Shown here: one piece after another, positions 39,731 through 47,936 of the stretch
How positions within the stretch are numbered: position 1 is the first letter of the stretch
How the letters are laid out: the number at the start of each line of letters is the position of its first letter
Source: Gemmatimonadales bacterium
GTDB taxonomy: Bacteria > Gemmatimonadota > Gemmatimonadetes > Gemmatimonadales > GWC2-71-9
Direction of reading: 5' to 3'
NCBI GenBank assembly: GCA_041615815.1
Contig: JBFJCP010000012.1
Location: 32,001-96,000, forward strand
DNA: 64,000 bases
Position numbers and translations under genes: made by a program
The notes under the pieces: generated by a model
Databases searched by the model: none
The model's input: the letters and a program-made list of their open reading frames with translations, nothing else
Told to the model about the DNA's origin: nothing

Positions 39731-40129
39731 ATGGCTCCCAATACGATTGGGCAGGTCGCCCGGCGCGCCGGCGTCGGTGTCGAGACGATACGGTATTACG
39801 AGCGCCGCGGGCTCATCCAACAGCCGAACGACGCACTGGGAGCGTACCGGGAGTATCCCGAGACCGTCGTCGATCGTGTTCGGTTCATCCGACACGCCAA
39901 GGACCTCGGGTTCACCCTCAAGGAGATCGCCGAGCTCCTTTCCCTGCGGTCCGATCCGCGGGACAACTGCGCCGCCGTCAAAGCCAGAGCGGAGGTGAAG
40001 GCTCGCGATATCGAAGCTCGCATTCAGCACCTCGAACGTATGGTGACAACACTCCGGCAGCTCGCGCACAAATGCGAGGCCCGTGAAGCGTCGGCGGAAT
40101 GTCCGATCCTCGATTCGTTGGAGGGATGA
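39731..40129 (+). CDS. merR: Hg(II)-responsive MerR-family regulator
   Basis: TIGQVARRAGVGVETIRYYERRGL, LGFTLKEIAELL; three Cys (DNC, HKC, ECPIL) positioned like MerR C82/C117/C126; RBS GAGGGG. Confidence 0.88.
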   Translation: MAPNTIGQVARRAGVGVETIRYYERRGLIQQPNDALGAYREYPETVVDRVRFIRHAKDLGFTLKEIAELLSLRSDPRDNCAAVKARAEVKARDIEARIQHLERMVTTLRQLAHKCEAREASAECPILDSLEG

Positions 40130-40136
40130 AGCATCC

Positions 40137-40346
40137 ATGCACAGCGATACGTTGCGACTGAGCACCGTTACGTGCCCGTTTTGTGGACATGCACGCGAAG
40201 AGGAGATGCCGGACGACCGGTGTGTGTTCTTCTACCAATGCACGGGGTGCGGGAGGACTCTTCGGCCCGAACCCGGTGACTGCTGCGTGTTCTGTTCATA
40301 CGGATCGTCCCAGTGCCCGCCCAAGACCACGGGCCGCTGCCGGTGA
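40137..40346 (+). CDS. GDCCVxC-domain Cys-rich protein (69 aa, 10 Cys)
   Basis: TCPFCG..EEMPDDRCVFFYQCTGCG..LRPEPGDCCVFCSYG..CPP. Confidence 0.88.
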   Translation: MHSDTLRLSTVTCPFCGHAREEEMPDDRCVFFYQCTGCGRTLRPEPGDCCVFCSYGSSQCPPKTTGRCR

Positions 40347-40367
40347 CCACGTAAAGGACTGTTCCCG

Positions 40368-40928
40368 ATGCCATCGCGTCAACAGTGGTCGGTCGAGACC
40401 GAATTCGAAGAGTCCGGATCCCTGCCCCGCCCCGGTCCTCTGGGTCGGTTGATCCGCGTCGGCCTCGGGATCTGGCTTCTCTGGTTCTTCGTTCTCCTAG
40501 TGACCCAGGGTCCAGCCGTCCTGATCAGCACAACTGTCCCACGGAGTTGGTCGTTCTGGTTGGTCACTGCCTTCATATTCTGGGTCACGCCGTACGTGAT
40601 CAATATCGGTTTCACGCGTCGCTGGCGGCGAAAACCTCAAGGGGTGGTACTCGGGATCGTGACCACCGCAGTCGTCATCGATTTGATCTCGTACGGCACC
40701 TGGTGGGCACCTCCTCTTGGCGTGTTCCTACTCGGATGGCTGCTGTACATCTCCGGTCACCTGGGGTTCTCATTGGTGCTCTCCGGACTCATCGCGACCC
40801 CGGGGTGTGAGATGCGTGCCGTCCCGCATCTGTGGACGATGATCACCGGTCGTCAAACCAAAGAACACTATTGCCCCGGACCCCTCGACAAGATCGACCA
40901 ATGGGAAACCCGTCGTGCCGGGTCATAG
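40368..40928 (+). CDS. Membrane protein with C-terminal GCE..P...CP..D motif (DUF6410-like)
   Basis: About 4-5 TM segments; GPLGRLIR; TPGCEMRAVP; HYCPGPLDKID; SD AAGGA; family name tentative. Confidence 0.65.
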   Translation: MPSRQQWSVETEFEESGSLPRPGPLGRLIRVGLGIWLLWFFVLLVTQGPAVLISTTVPRSWSFWLVTAFIFWVTPYVINIGFTRRWRRKPQGVVLGIVTTAVVIDLISYGTWWAPPLGVFLLGWLLYISGHLGFSLVLSGLIATPGCEMRAVPHLWTMITGRQTKEHYCPGPLDKIDQWETRRAGS

Positions 40929-40950
40929 TTGTACCAGAAAGAGCCATGTC

Positions 40951-41643
40951 ATGTCCATCAATCCGACACTCGACGAAGTTTACGCACAGCTGGCCGCCAT
41001 GTTGCCGACCCTCTCACCACGAGAGCAGGCGGTGGGAATGGCCCTTTACCAGCTACTTGCGCGTGGCGCGCCGGTCTCGATGCCGCAGCTGGTCGAGCAT
41101 GTTGGGATCTACGCACCAGAGACACTGGAGTGTCCCGCACTCAAATGTCTCACGTACTACGACGATGCCAAGCGAGTCATCGGATTTGGCGGGCTCGCGG
41201 TGGTGCCGATGACGCATCGGTTCATGGTAAATGGGCGGACGCTCTACACGTGGTGCGCCTGGGATGGGCAGTTTCTCCCCGAGTTGCTCGGTAGCCGTGC
41301 GGTGCTCGAGTCCCCGTGCCCTCAGACCGGCGAGGTTGTGCGGCTAACGATCGATCCTGCTCGCGGCCTTCGCACCGCGGTCCCAGCCGAGGCGGTCATG
41401 TCGTTTCTGCTGCCCGAGGCGCCGTTGTTCGCGCGCCCCGCGGAGGAGACGATGACCAGCTTCTGCCATCACATCTTCCTGTTTGCATCAACGGACGCCG
41501 GCGCGACTTGGGTTGCGCACCATGAGGGAACCTTTCTCCTCTCGATAGCGGACGCCGCGCAGTTGGCACAGATGAACAACGCCGCGCGGTTCGGAGCCGA
41601 GTTGTCTCGTCGGAGAACGAGAGTCTCCGCCAGCGGAGCATGA
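40951..41643 (+). CDS. merB: Organomercurial (alkylmercury) lyase
   Basis: LLARGAPVS N-terminal winged helix; THRF..GRTLYTWCAWD (catalytic Cys/Asp); ESPCPQTG; SFCHHIFLFAS (second catalytic Cys). Confidence 0.9.
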   Translation: MSINPTLDEVYAQLAAMLPTLSPREQAVGMALYQLLARGAPVSMPQLVEHVGIYAPETLECPALKCLTYYDDAKRVIGFGGLAVVPMTHRFMVNGRTLYTWCAWDGQFLPELLGSRAVLESPCPQTGEVVRLTIDPARGLRTAVPAEAVMSFLLPEAPLFARPAEETMTSFCHHIFLFASTDAGATWVAHHEGTFLLSIADAAQLAQMNNAARFGAELSRRRTRVSASGA

Positions 41644-41996
41644 GACTGAAACGGGACGTGCTCCGTGCTGGCTCGTTGACCGGTGCCGCAGGGTCGGCAC
41701 TGGGCAGCGCGGCTGCCAGCATCTGCTGCATCGGACCGCTGGGACTCAGCCTTCTTGGTGTGCAGGGAGCCATCTTCGCGGCAGGGCTCAAACCGTATCG
41801 AGTCTATCTCCTCGTGGGTTCCGCCCTGCTGTTGGCATTTGCTTTCTGGAGTGTCTATCGCCCACGCAGGCTGCCAAACGGCAGCGCGTGCTCCATTGGC
41901 GTTGGTCGGCTGACCCGAGCCGTGCTGTGGGGGTCTCTGGGCATTTGGCTCATCGCCGTCGTCCTGCAATTCATGGCACAAAGACTCTGGCTCTAG
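41640..41996 (+). CDS. merT: Mercuric transport protein MerT-like
   Basis: ASICCIGPL vicinal Cys pair in TM1, LKPYR, 3 TM segments, loop Cys (GSAC); ATGA overlap with merB. Confidence 0.82.
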   Translation: MRLKRDVLRAGSLTGAAGSALGSAAASICCIGPLGLSLLGVQGAIFAAGLKPYRVYLLVGSALLLAFAFWSVYRPRRLPNGSACSIGVGRLTRAVLWGSLGIWLIAVVLQFMAQRLWL

Positions 41997-42004
41997 GAGG
42001 TACG

Positions 42005-42571
42005 GTGCGAACCACGTACGTAGGACTCGCAGCGGCAGCGCTCGTCCTGGTCGCGAGCGCGGGGCCATCAACACCACCAGCGTACGAGCGCATCGACCGT
42101 GACGGGGAGCCTTTGCGCTCGACGTTCAACGCGGATGCCGGCAAGGTTCGGGTCGTCATGTTGGTGGCGCCGACGTGAGGAGGCTGTCTTCGGGGGGTCT
42201 CCGAAACGCAGAAACACCTTCTCGGCAAGATCGAGAGTCCGAACCTGGCCGCTTATGTCGTGTGGGTGCCGAGAAACGGTGCGCGGGAACGTCACGTGCA
42301 GCGGGCGCTTGGCCTCGCCACCGACGCAAGAGCGTCGCAGTACTGGGACGCCAATCAAACAATCATGAAGCCGTACAACGATCGCTTCCACCTCACCGGG
42401 CCGTGCGCCGGAATCTTTATGCTGTTCGGACCTGAAGCCGTGTGGGAGCGTGATGGTCCGCCCGTTCCGATGCATACCGAAGACGCCCATGCACGCGAAT
42501 TCAACCGCCCGCTACCACAGTTCGACGCGGAGCGGTTCGCCGAAAAAGCCAGCGAGCTGCTGAAGCACTGA
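42005..42571 (+). CDS. Putative exported thioredoxin-like selenoprotein (188 aa, U58-G-G-C61; in-frame TGA 42176-42178)
   Basis: SD AGGAGG plus GTG; signal peptide; track ORFs 41888-42178 and 42260-42571 share a frame and are separated only by the TGA; readthrough gives VRVVMLVAPT-U-GGCLRGVSETQKHLLGKIESPNLAAYVVWVP. Confidence 0.78.
42184..42211 (+). promoter_or_regulatory. Candidate bacterial SECIS hairpin
   Basis: CUGU-C-UUCGGGG-[GGU]-CUCCGAA-AC-GCAG, hand-folded; G-led apical loop 17 nt after UGA. Confidence 0.6.
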
Positions 42572-42577
42572 GCGCAC

Positions 42578-42608
42578 AACGGCCCGGGCTCACAGTGCCC
42601 GGGCCGTT
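42578..42608. terminator. Hairpin between the convergent mer operon and leuB (probable bidirectional terminator)
   Basis: AACGGCCCGGGC-TCACAGT-GCCCGGGCCGTT, perfect 12-bp stem; weak U tract. Confidence 0.7.
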
Positions 42609-42627
42609 ATCCAACCGCGCCTCCAGC

Positions 42628-43701
42628 CTACCTCCGCCGCACCCTCGCTGCCACCATGTCTCCCATCCGATCCGTGGGAATCCCGCTTCGTGCATCGGCC
42701 GACGGGACCGCTCCGCTCGCCAGCAGCTCGGCGATCGATTGCTCGATGCGAGACGCCGCGGCGCTCTCTCCCAGATAATCGAGCATCATCGCCGCTGCGG
42801 AGATCGCCCCTAACGGGCAGGCCACATTCTTCCCCGCGTACTTGGGCGCCGAGCCGTGGATGGGTTCGAACATCGAAGTCTTACCGGGATGGATGTTGCC
42901 AGATGCCGCGATCCCCATCCCACCCTGAATCATCGCACCGAGGTCCGTGATGATATCACCAAAGAGATTGGTCGTGACGATGACGTCGAACCACTCCGGG
43001 TTCTTGACCATCCACATGCAGCAGGCATCCACGTAGGCATGATCGGTCTCCACGTCTGGGAAGTCGTTCGCCACGTGCGCATAGGCCCGCGTCCACACGT
43101 CGTGCGGCCGGACCGCGTTGGCCTTGTCCACCAGCGTGACCCGAGCCCGACGGCCCTCCCGCGCGGCCGCCCGCTTCGTGGCAAGCTCGAAGGCGTAGCG
43201 GGAGGCGCGCTCACACCCTTTCCAGGTGTAGATGCCGTTCACGATCGCGACTTCATCAGGTGTGTTCTTCTTGAGATGCCCGCCGATTTGGGAGTACATG
43301 CCCTCGGTGTTCTCGCGCACGACCACGAAATCGACGTCCTGCGGTCCCTTGTCCTTGAGTGGGCAGAGCCGCTCCGCGTATAGCTTGATGGGACGGAGAT
43401 TGACGTAGAGATCGAGACCAAACCGAAGCCCGAGGATCACCGATCGCTCCACCAGCCCGGGCTCCACATCCGGATGGCCGATGGCGCCGAGCAGTACCGC
43501 GTCGAGCCCGCGCCACTCGTCAATCACTGCGTCGGCGACGAGCTCTTTGGTCTTCAGGTAGTGCGCACCGCTATACGGATAGTCCACCAAGTCGTACTGA
43601 AACCCTTCCGTGTCTGCGACGGCAGCCAGGACCTTGAGCGCTTCCCGTGTCACCTCCGGACCAATGCCATCTCCAGGAATGACGCCAATCGTGTACGACA
43701 T
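42628..43701 (-). CDS. leuB: 3-isopropylmalate dehydrogenase (isocitrate/isopropylmalate/tartrate dehydrogenase family)
   Basis: [48 protein letters not shown]; substrate specificity not certain. Confidence 0.8.
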   Translation of the reverse strand: MSYTIGVIPGDGIGPEVTREALKVLAAVADTEGFQYDLVDYPYSGAHYLKTKELVADAVIDEWRGLDAVLLGAIGHPDVEPGLVERSVILGLRFGLDLYVNLRPIKLYAERLCPLKDKGPQDVDFVVVRENTEGMYSQIGGHLKKNTPDEVAIVNGIYTWKGCERASRYAFELATKRAAAREGRRARVTLVDKANAVRPHDVWTRAYAHVANDFPDVETDHAYVDACCMWMVKNPEWFDVIVTTNLFGDIITDLGAMIQGGMGIAASGNIHPGKTSMFEPIHGSAPKYAGKNVACPLGAISAAAMMLDYLGESAAASRIEQSIAELLASGAVPSADARSGIPTDRMGDMVAARVRRR

Positions 43702-43744
43702 GTTCAGTTCCTCACGACGTGTCTCGGTCCATCGGCAGCGCGAT

Positions 43745-44410
43745 TCACGACCGCGTCCTTCCTTCGCGTTCGAAGTCCCCCGACACGTCATAGCCTGATT
43801 CCGACATCAGGCCCGGATAGTGTTCGTGGAAGGCGGCGACGATGGCGTCGAGGGGCACACCGGCGTCGATGCCCCGATCCCTGACGTATTCCATATACCG
43901 ATCGCCGCGGCGATTGAACTGCTGGAGTAGGGAGTCTTCCCAACCGTCAAACGGGAGCGGCTCGACGTCGAACCGCTCACACAGCGACCGGTTGAATGCC
44001 GGCGTCGCCTTCACCCACTGACCTTCGAGAAACAGCTCAGTGTATCCATGAAAAACGAACAGATCGGTCTTCATCAGCCGCCGTAACTTCTCGGTCGCGA
44101 GATGGTTCTTGACATCAGCAAAACCCAAGCGGCTCGGAATGCCCTTCACGCGAGCGGCCGCTGCCAAGAGAGCGGCCTTGGGAATGCAAAACCCGTACTC
44201 TCGCCTGAGCACCGTGCTGGCCCGCATCCCGAACGGAGTGAGATCGACACGATACGGATCGTAGCGAAACGAATCCCGCACGGCATAGTAAATTGCGACG
44301 GCGCATTCGCGATCCCCGGAGATCCCCCGCGTGACCTGCTCGGCAAAGGCCGTCACGGCGGGGTTATCGCTGTCGACGCATTCAGTGGGACGCAGATAGT
44401 CATCGAGCAT
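43745..44410 (-). CDS. Transglutaminase-like domain protein
   Basis: VRDSFRYDPY, GFCIPKA (Cys), DVKNHL, FHGY, WVKATPAF. Confidence 0.85.
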   Translation of the reverse strand: MLDDYLRPTECVDSDNPAVTAFAEQVTRGISGDRECAVAIYYAVRDSFRYDPYRVDLTPFGMRASTVLRREYGFCIPKAALLAAAARVKGIPSRLGFADVKNHLATEKLRRLMKTDLFVFHGYTELFLEGQWVKATPAFNRSLCERFDVEPLPFDGWEDSLLQQFNRRGDRYMEYVRDRGIDAGVPLDAIVAAFHEHYPGLMSESGYDVSGDFEREGRTRS

Positions 44411-44506
44411 ATGGGCTGCTTCGCGCGTTATCCGGGCGCCGGAATATACTCATCTCCATGAGGGAACTCCCCATGGGAGCAGTCGCCTGGCGGAATCCGG
44501 CACCGG

Positions 44507-45106
44507 GTGTTTCGCGGTACCAGATCTCAACGTTTTTCGAGCCTCGTGCGTAGGCAACGGAGGGAGCACGGAGGGCTCGCAGCGCTCGTTCCGGCAGGTA
44601 CTCGCCGCGTCGTGCTGCTGGGGACCCTGGCCGGCCTCCTGGCCGGATTCGTCGTGCTGGGTTTCGGCGGGCGCTTGGTCATGACGGCCATCGGCCTCAT
44701 CCTCGGGGCGCGTCCTGACTGGTCGCTGGCCGGGAGCCTCCAGGTCATCGTGCTCGGTGCCGCGCTGGGACCACCGTCTGGGTTGCTCTATGGTCTGGTT
44801 CGATGCCGCCTGCCCCATCCGTCCCACGGCACCGGGCTCTTGTTCGGGGCGTTGTTCGGCTCGGCGATCGTGGCCGTGTATTTTTTGAGACCCGCGGGAC
44901 CCGTGGAGTTGCAGGCGGCTCCGCGCGTTGGCGCCCTACTGTTCGGGGGCCTTCTACTATTGTTTGGGGTCAGCCTCGAGGCCACCCTCCGGCGTCTCGA
45001 GCACGCGGGGTCCCATTTTCAACCAGGATTGTTGGCGTTGGTCGCAACGTTTGCCTTTTCAATCGGCTGTTTTGGCCTCGGGCTGTGGGCCCTGATCTCA
45101 CGATGA
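44507..45106 (+). CDS. Hypothetical membrane protein
   Basis: About 5 Gly/Leu-rich TM segments; stop overlaps the next ATG; start uncertain. Confidence 0.6.
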   Translation: MFRGTRSQRFSSLVRRQRREHGGLAALVPAGTRRVVLLGTLAGLLAGFVVLGFGGRLVMTAIGLILGARPDWSLAGSLQVIVLGAALGPPSGLLYGLVRCRLPHPSHGTGLLFGALFGSAIVAVYFLRPAGPVELQAAPRVGALLFGGLLLLFGVSLEATLRRLEHAGSHFQPGLLALVATFAFSIGCFGLGLWALISR

Positions 45107-47838
45107 CCGCCGCTCGCTGGGGCCGCCTGGTGGCTGTGCTCCTGGGCGCCGCGCTGCCGAGCGGCACCGCGGGGGCACAGGAGGCGGCCGACCCCCAGCC
45201 ACCCCCGGCTCCGGCTGGGGTGCCGCGCATCGTGGCCACCCCCCGTGACGGCGGCATCGACCTCGACGGACGCATCGTCGAGGCCGCATGGCAACAGGCT
45301 GTCCCCGCGTCACGATTCGTGCAGCGCGAACCCGTGGAAGGGGCCCCGGCCGAGGAGATCACCCAGGTGTGGGTGCTCTATGACGAGCGAGCCCTGTACG
45401 TCGCGGCCCTGATGCGCGAAAGCCAGATGGAAGCCATGGGCACCCAACTGGTGCGACGCGACGAATGGGGGCAGTACGACTACTTCGAGGTCTCGCTCGA
45501 TCCCAACAACGATCGGCGCACCGGATACCTGTTTCTCGTGAGTGCCGCCGGCGTACAAGCAGATGCCTACCTCTTCGACGACGTCGAAGAGGATCGAAAC
45601 TGGGATGCGGTCTGGGAATCCTCGGTCCACCGAGACTCGAGCGGCTGGAGCGTCGAGATGCGCATCCCGCTCTCGCAGATCCTCTATCGGCCAAGCACCA
45701 GACCACAGTCCTGGGGGGTCAACTTCGCTCGGAGGCGGCTGGCACAAAACGAACGCACGTATTTTGCCCTCGAGTCGCGCGTGCAGCATGGGCGGGTTAG
45801 CGTGTTTGGGAGGCTCCAGGGCCTCGAGTTGTCCGGAGCAGCGAGACGGATCGAGATCCAGCCCTACGCGCTGGGCAGCGCGCGCACCGCACCGGCCGTC
45901 ACCGGCGATCCGTTCTTCGACGGCGCCGAACTGGGCAACCAGGTGGGAGCCGACCTCCGCTACGGCGTCGGGCAGTCTACCTTCGACGTCACGATCAACC
46001 CTGATTTCGGACAGGTCGAGGTGGATCCCGCCGTCATCAACCTCTCGGCCTTTGAGACGTTCTTCCCCGAGAAACGCCCCTTTTTCGTCGAAGATGCCCA
46101 GCTCTTCGACTTTGGACGGCTGCGCCTCTTCAATAGCCGACGAATCGGGCGGGAACCGCGGGGATCCGCTCCGGACGACGCACTCTTCGAGCGGGCCCCG
46201 GAACAGACAACCATCCTGGCGGCGCTCAAGTTCACCAGCCGGACGCCTTCCGGACTGACCCTGGGCGGGCTTGCCGCCCTTACCGACGAGGAGCACGGTC
46301 GCGCACTGCTGACCGGTGGCAGCGACCCCGTCTCGTATGTGGCGGAGCCGATGACGCAGTACGGTGTGATTCGGCTCCAGCAGGACTTCCGCGACGGGGC
46401 AACCCAGGTGGGGGGAATCCTGACCGGGGTGCACCGGAATCTGCCGGCGAGCGGATCACTCGATTTCCTGACCACCAGCGCGTTCAGCGGTGCCATCGAC
46501 TTCGAACACAACTGGGGCGGACCGCGGTCCCGCAACTGGGCCCTCTGGGGCTTCTACGCGCACGGGCAGGTGTTCGGCAGGGAAGCGGCCATCCTCGACC
46601 TACAGGAAGCGAGCAATCACTACTACCAACGGCCGGACGCCACCAGATTCGGAATCGATTCCACTCGGACATCTCTGGGCGGTCGTAACTGGCGGCTGCA
46701 GTTCGAACGCCGCAGCGCCGACCACTGGACTGGCGCGTTATGGCTGGCGGAAGTTTCATCGGGCTTCGAAATCAACGACCTCGGGTTCTGGAACCGCGGC
46801 GAGCGCCTCGACGGCGGCGCACGCCTGAGTTACCAAGAGATCACGCCGGGGAGCCTCCTCCGGAGCTACCGCATCAGCGCCTTCACCTTTCAGAACTGGA
46901 GCCACGAGGCCCTCGATGACGTTTGGTCGTGGAACTCGTGGAAACGCGCGCATCGTCGCGGCACGTTCTCCGTGAGCACCGATCTCGAATTCTTGAATTA
47001 CTGGGGTGTGGAGTTGCAAGCGCAATATCGCCCGAATTCGATGAGCGACAACGCGACGCGGGGCGGTCCCCTCATGAAGGATCCGGGATCGATCGCTTTT
47101 GAGTTCGGTGCCACCACCGATCGCCGAAAACCGGTTGTGTTCGAGCCTTCGTTCAACTACGAAAACCGCCGAGGGATTGGTCACGGATGGTGGACGTCCT
47201 TGGAGGTCGGGCTGCGACCCACGCCCGCCGTTGAGATAGAACTGGAGCCGAGCTTCAGCTCCGAACTCAATCCGGCACAGTATGTGGCGACCACGGACGA
47301 TATGGGGTATGCGCCCACCTTCGGCCCGCGATACCTCTTCGCCGATCTGCGGCTTCGGACATTCGCCGTCGAGGCGCGGGCCAATGTGACACTCAACCCC
47401 AAACTGTCGTTCGCACTCTTTGCCCAACCCCTGCTGTCCTCGGGAGACTATCTCACCTACAAACAGTTGGATCGGGCCGAGTCCTTCGCGTTCGATCGCT
47501 TCCAGGAAGGTGCCAGCCTCGTGGCCGACGACGAGGTCGTCTGCCTCGGTGGACGTACGTGCGTCGTGGACGGGGACCGATACGTGGACTTCGAGGGTGA
47601 TGGGACCACCGACTTCTCGTTTGACGACCGAGACTTCAACGTGCGGTCGTTCCGGATGACGGCAGTGATGCGGTGGGAGTACCGTCCGGGGTCCACGATC
47701 TTCCTGGTGTGGCAGCAGCAACGTGAGGGCGAGGCGAACACGGGGAGCTTTGATTTCTTCCGGGATTTCGGCGCTCTGTGGAGCACCGACACTGAAAACC
47801 TCTTCATTGTCAAGCTCACCTACTGGTTGGGCCTCTAG
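45103..47838 (+). CDS. DUF5916-type outer-membrane protein
   Basis: Signal peptide; IDLDGRI, VEMRIPLSQ, INPDFGQVEVDPA, FFPEKRPFFVE, SRRIG, C-terminal VKLTYW. Confidence 0.85.
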   Translation: MTAARWGRLVAVLLGAALPSGTAGAQEAADPQPPPAPAGVPRIVATPRDGGIDLDGRIVEAAWQQAVPASRFVQREPVEGAPAEEITQVWVLYDERALYVAALMRESQMEAMGTQLVRRDEWGQYDYFEVSLDPNNDRRTGYLFLVSAAGVQADAYLFDDVEEDRNWDAVWESSVHRDSSGWSVEMRIPLSQILYRPSTRPQSWGVNFARRRLAQNERTYFALESRVQHGRVSVFGRLQGLELSGAARRIEIQPYALGSARTAPAVTGDPFFDGAELGNQVGADLRYGVGQSTFDVTINPDFGQVEVDPAVINLSAFETFFPEKRPFFVEDAQLFDFGRLRLFNSRRIGREPRGSAPDDALFERAPEQTTILAALKFTSRTPSGLTLGGLAALTDEEHGRALLTGGSDPVSYVAEPMTQYGVIRLQQDFRDGATQVGGILTGVHRNLPASGSLDFLTTSAFSGAIDFEHNWGGPRSRNWALWGFYAHGQVFGREAAILDLQEASNHYYQRPDATRFGIDSTRTSLGGRNWRLQFERRSADHWTGALWLAEVSSGFEINDLGFWNRGERLDGGARLSYQEITPGSLLRSYRISAFTFQNWSHEALDDVWSWNSWKRAHRRGTFSVSTDLEFLNYWGVELQAQYRPNSMSDNATRGGPLMKDPGSIAFEFGATTDRRKPVVFEPSFNYENRRGIGHGWWTSLEVGLRPTPAVEIELEPSFSSELNPAQYVATTDDMGYAPTFGPRYLFADLRLRTFAVEARANVTLNPKLSFALFAQPLLSSGDYLTYKQLDRAESFAFDRFQEGASLVADDEVVCLGGRTCVVDGDRYVDFEGDGTTDFSFDDRDFNVRSFRMTAVMRWEYRPGSTIFLVWQQQREGEANTGSFDFFRDFGALWSTDTENLFIVKLTYWLGL

Positions 47839-47936
47839 CATCTCCGCCCAGCTCTTTCTATCATTCCCCTCGATGTAGCGCCGTCAGGCACGTGCCCTCG
47901 TTCGTGCCGTGAATCCGAAACACACAGGAGGAAGAA

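Noticed and set aside
41888..42178. Track ORF of 96 aa and separate ORF 42260-42571 treated as two genes
   Set aside because: They are better explained as one gene from GTG 42005 with UGA readthrough; the 41888 start lies inside merT
42569..42608. Terminal TGA of the selenoprotein followed by a hairpin as another Sec site
   Set aside because: No redox-motif context; the hairpin is a symmetric terminator-type stem and readthrough would run into convergent leuB
39540..42620. mer operon as part of a transposon
   Set aside because: No transposase, resolvase, terminal inverted repeats or evident composition shift; flanked by ordinary chromosomal genes
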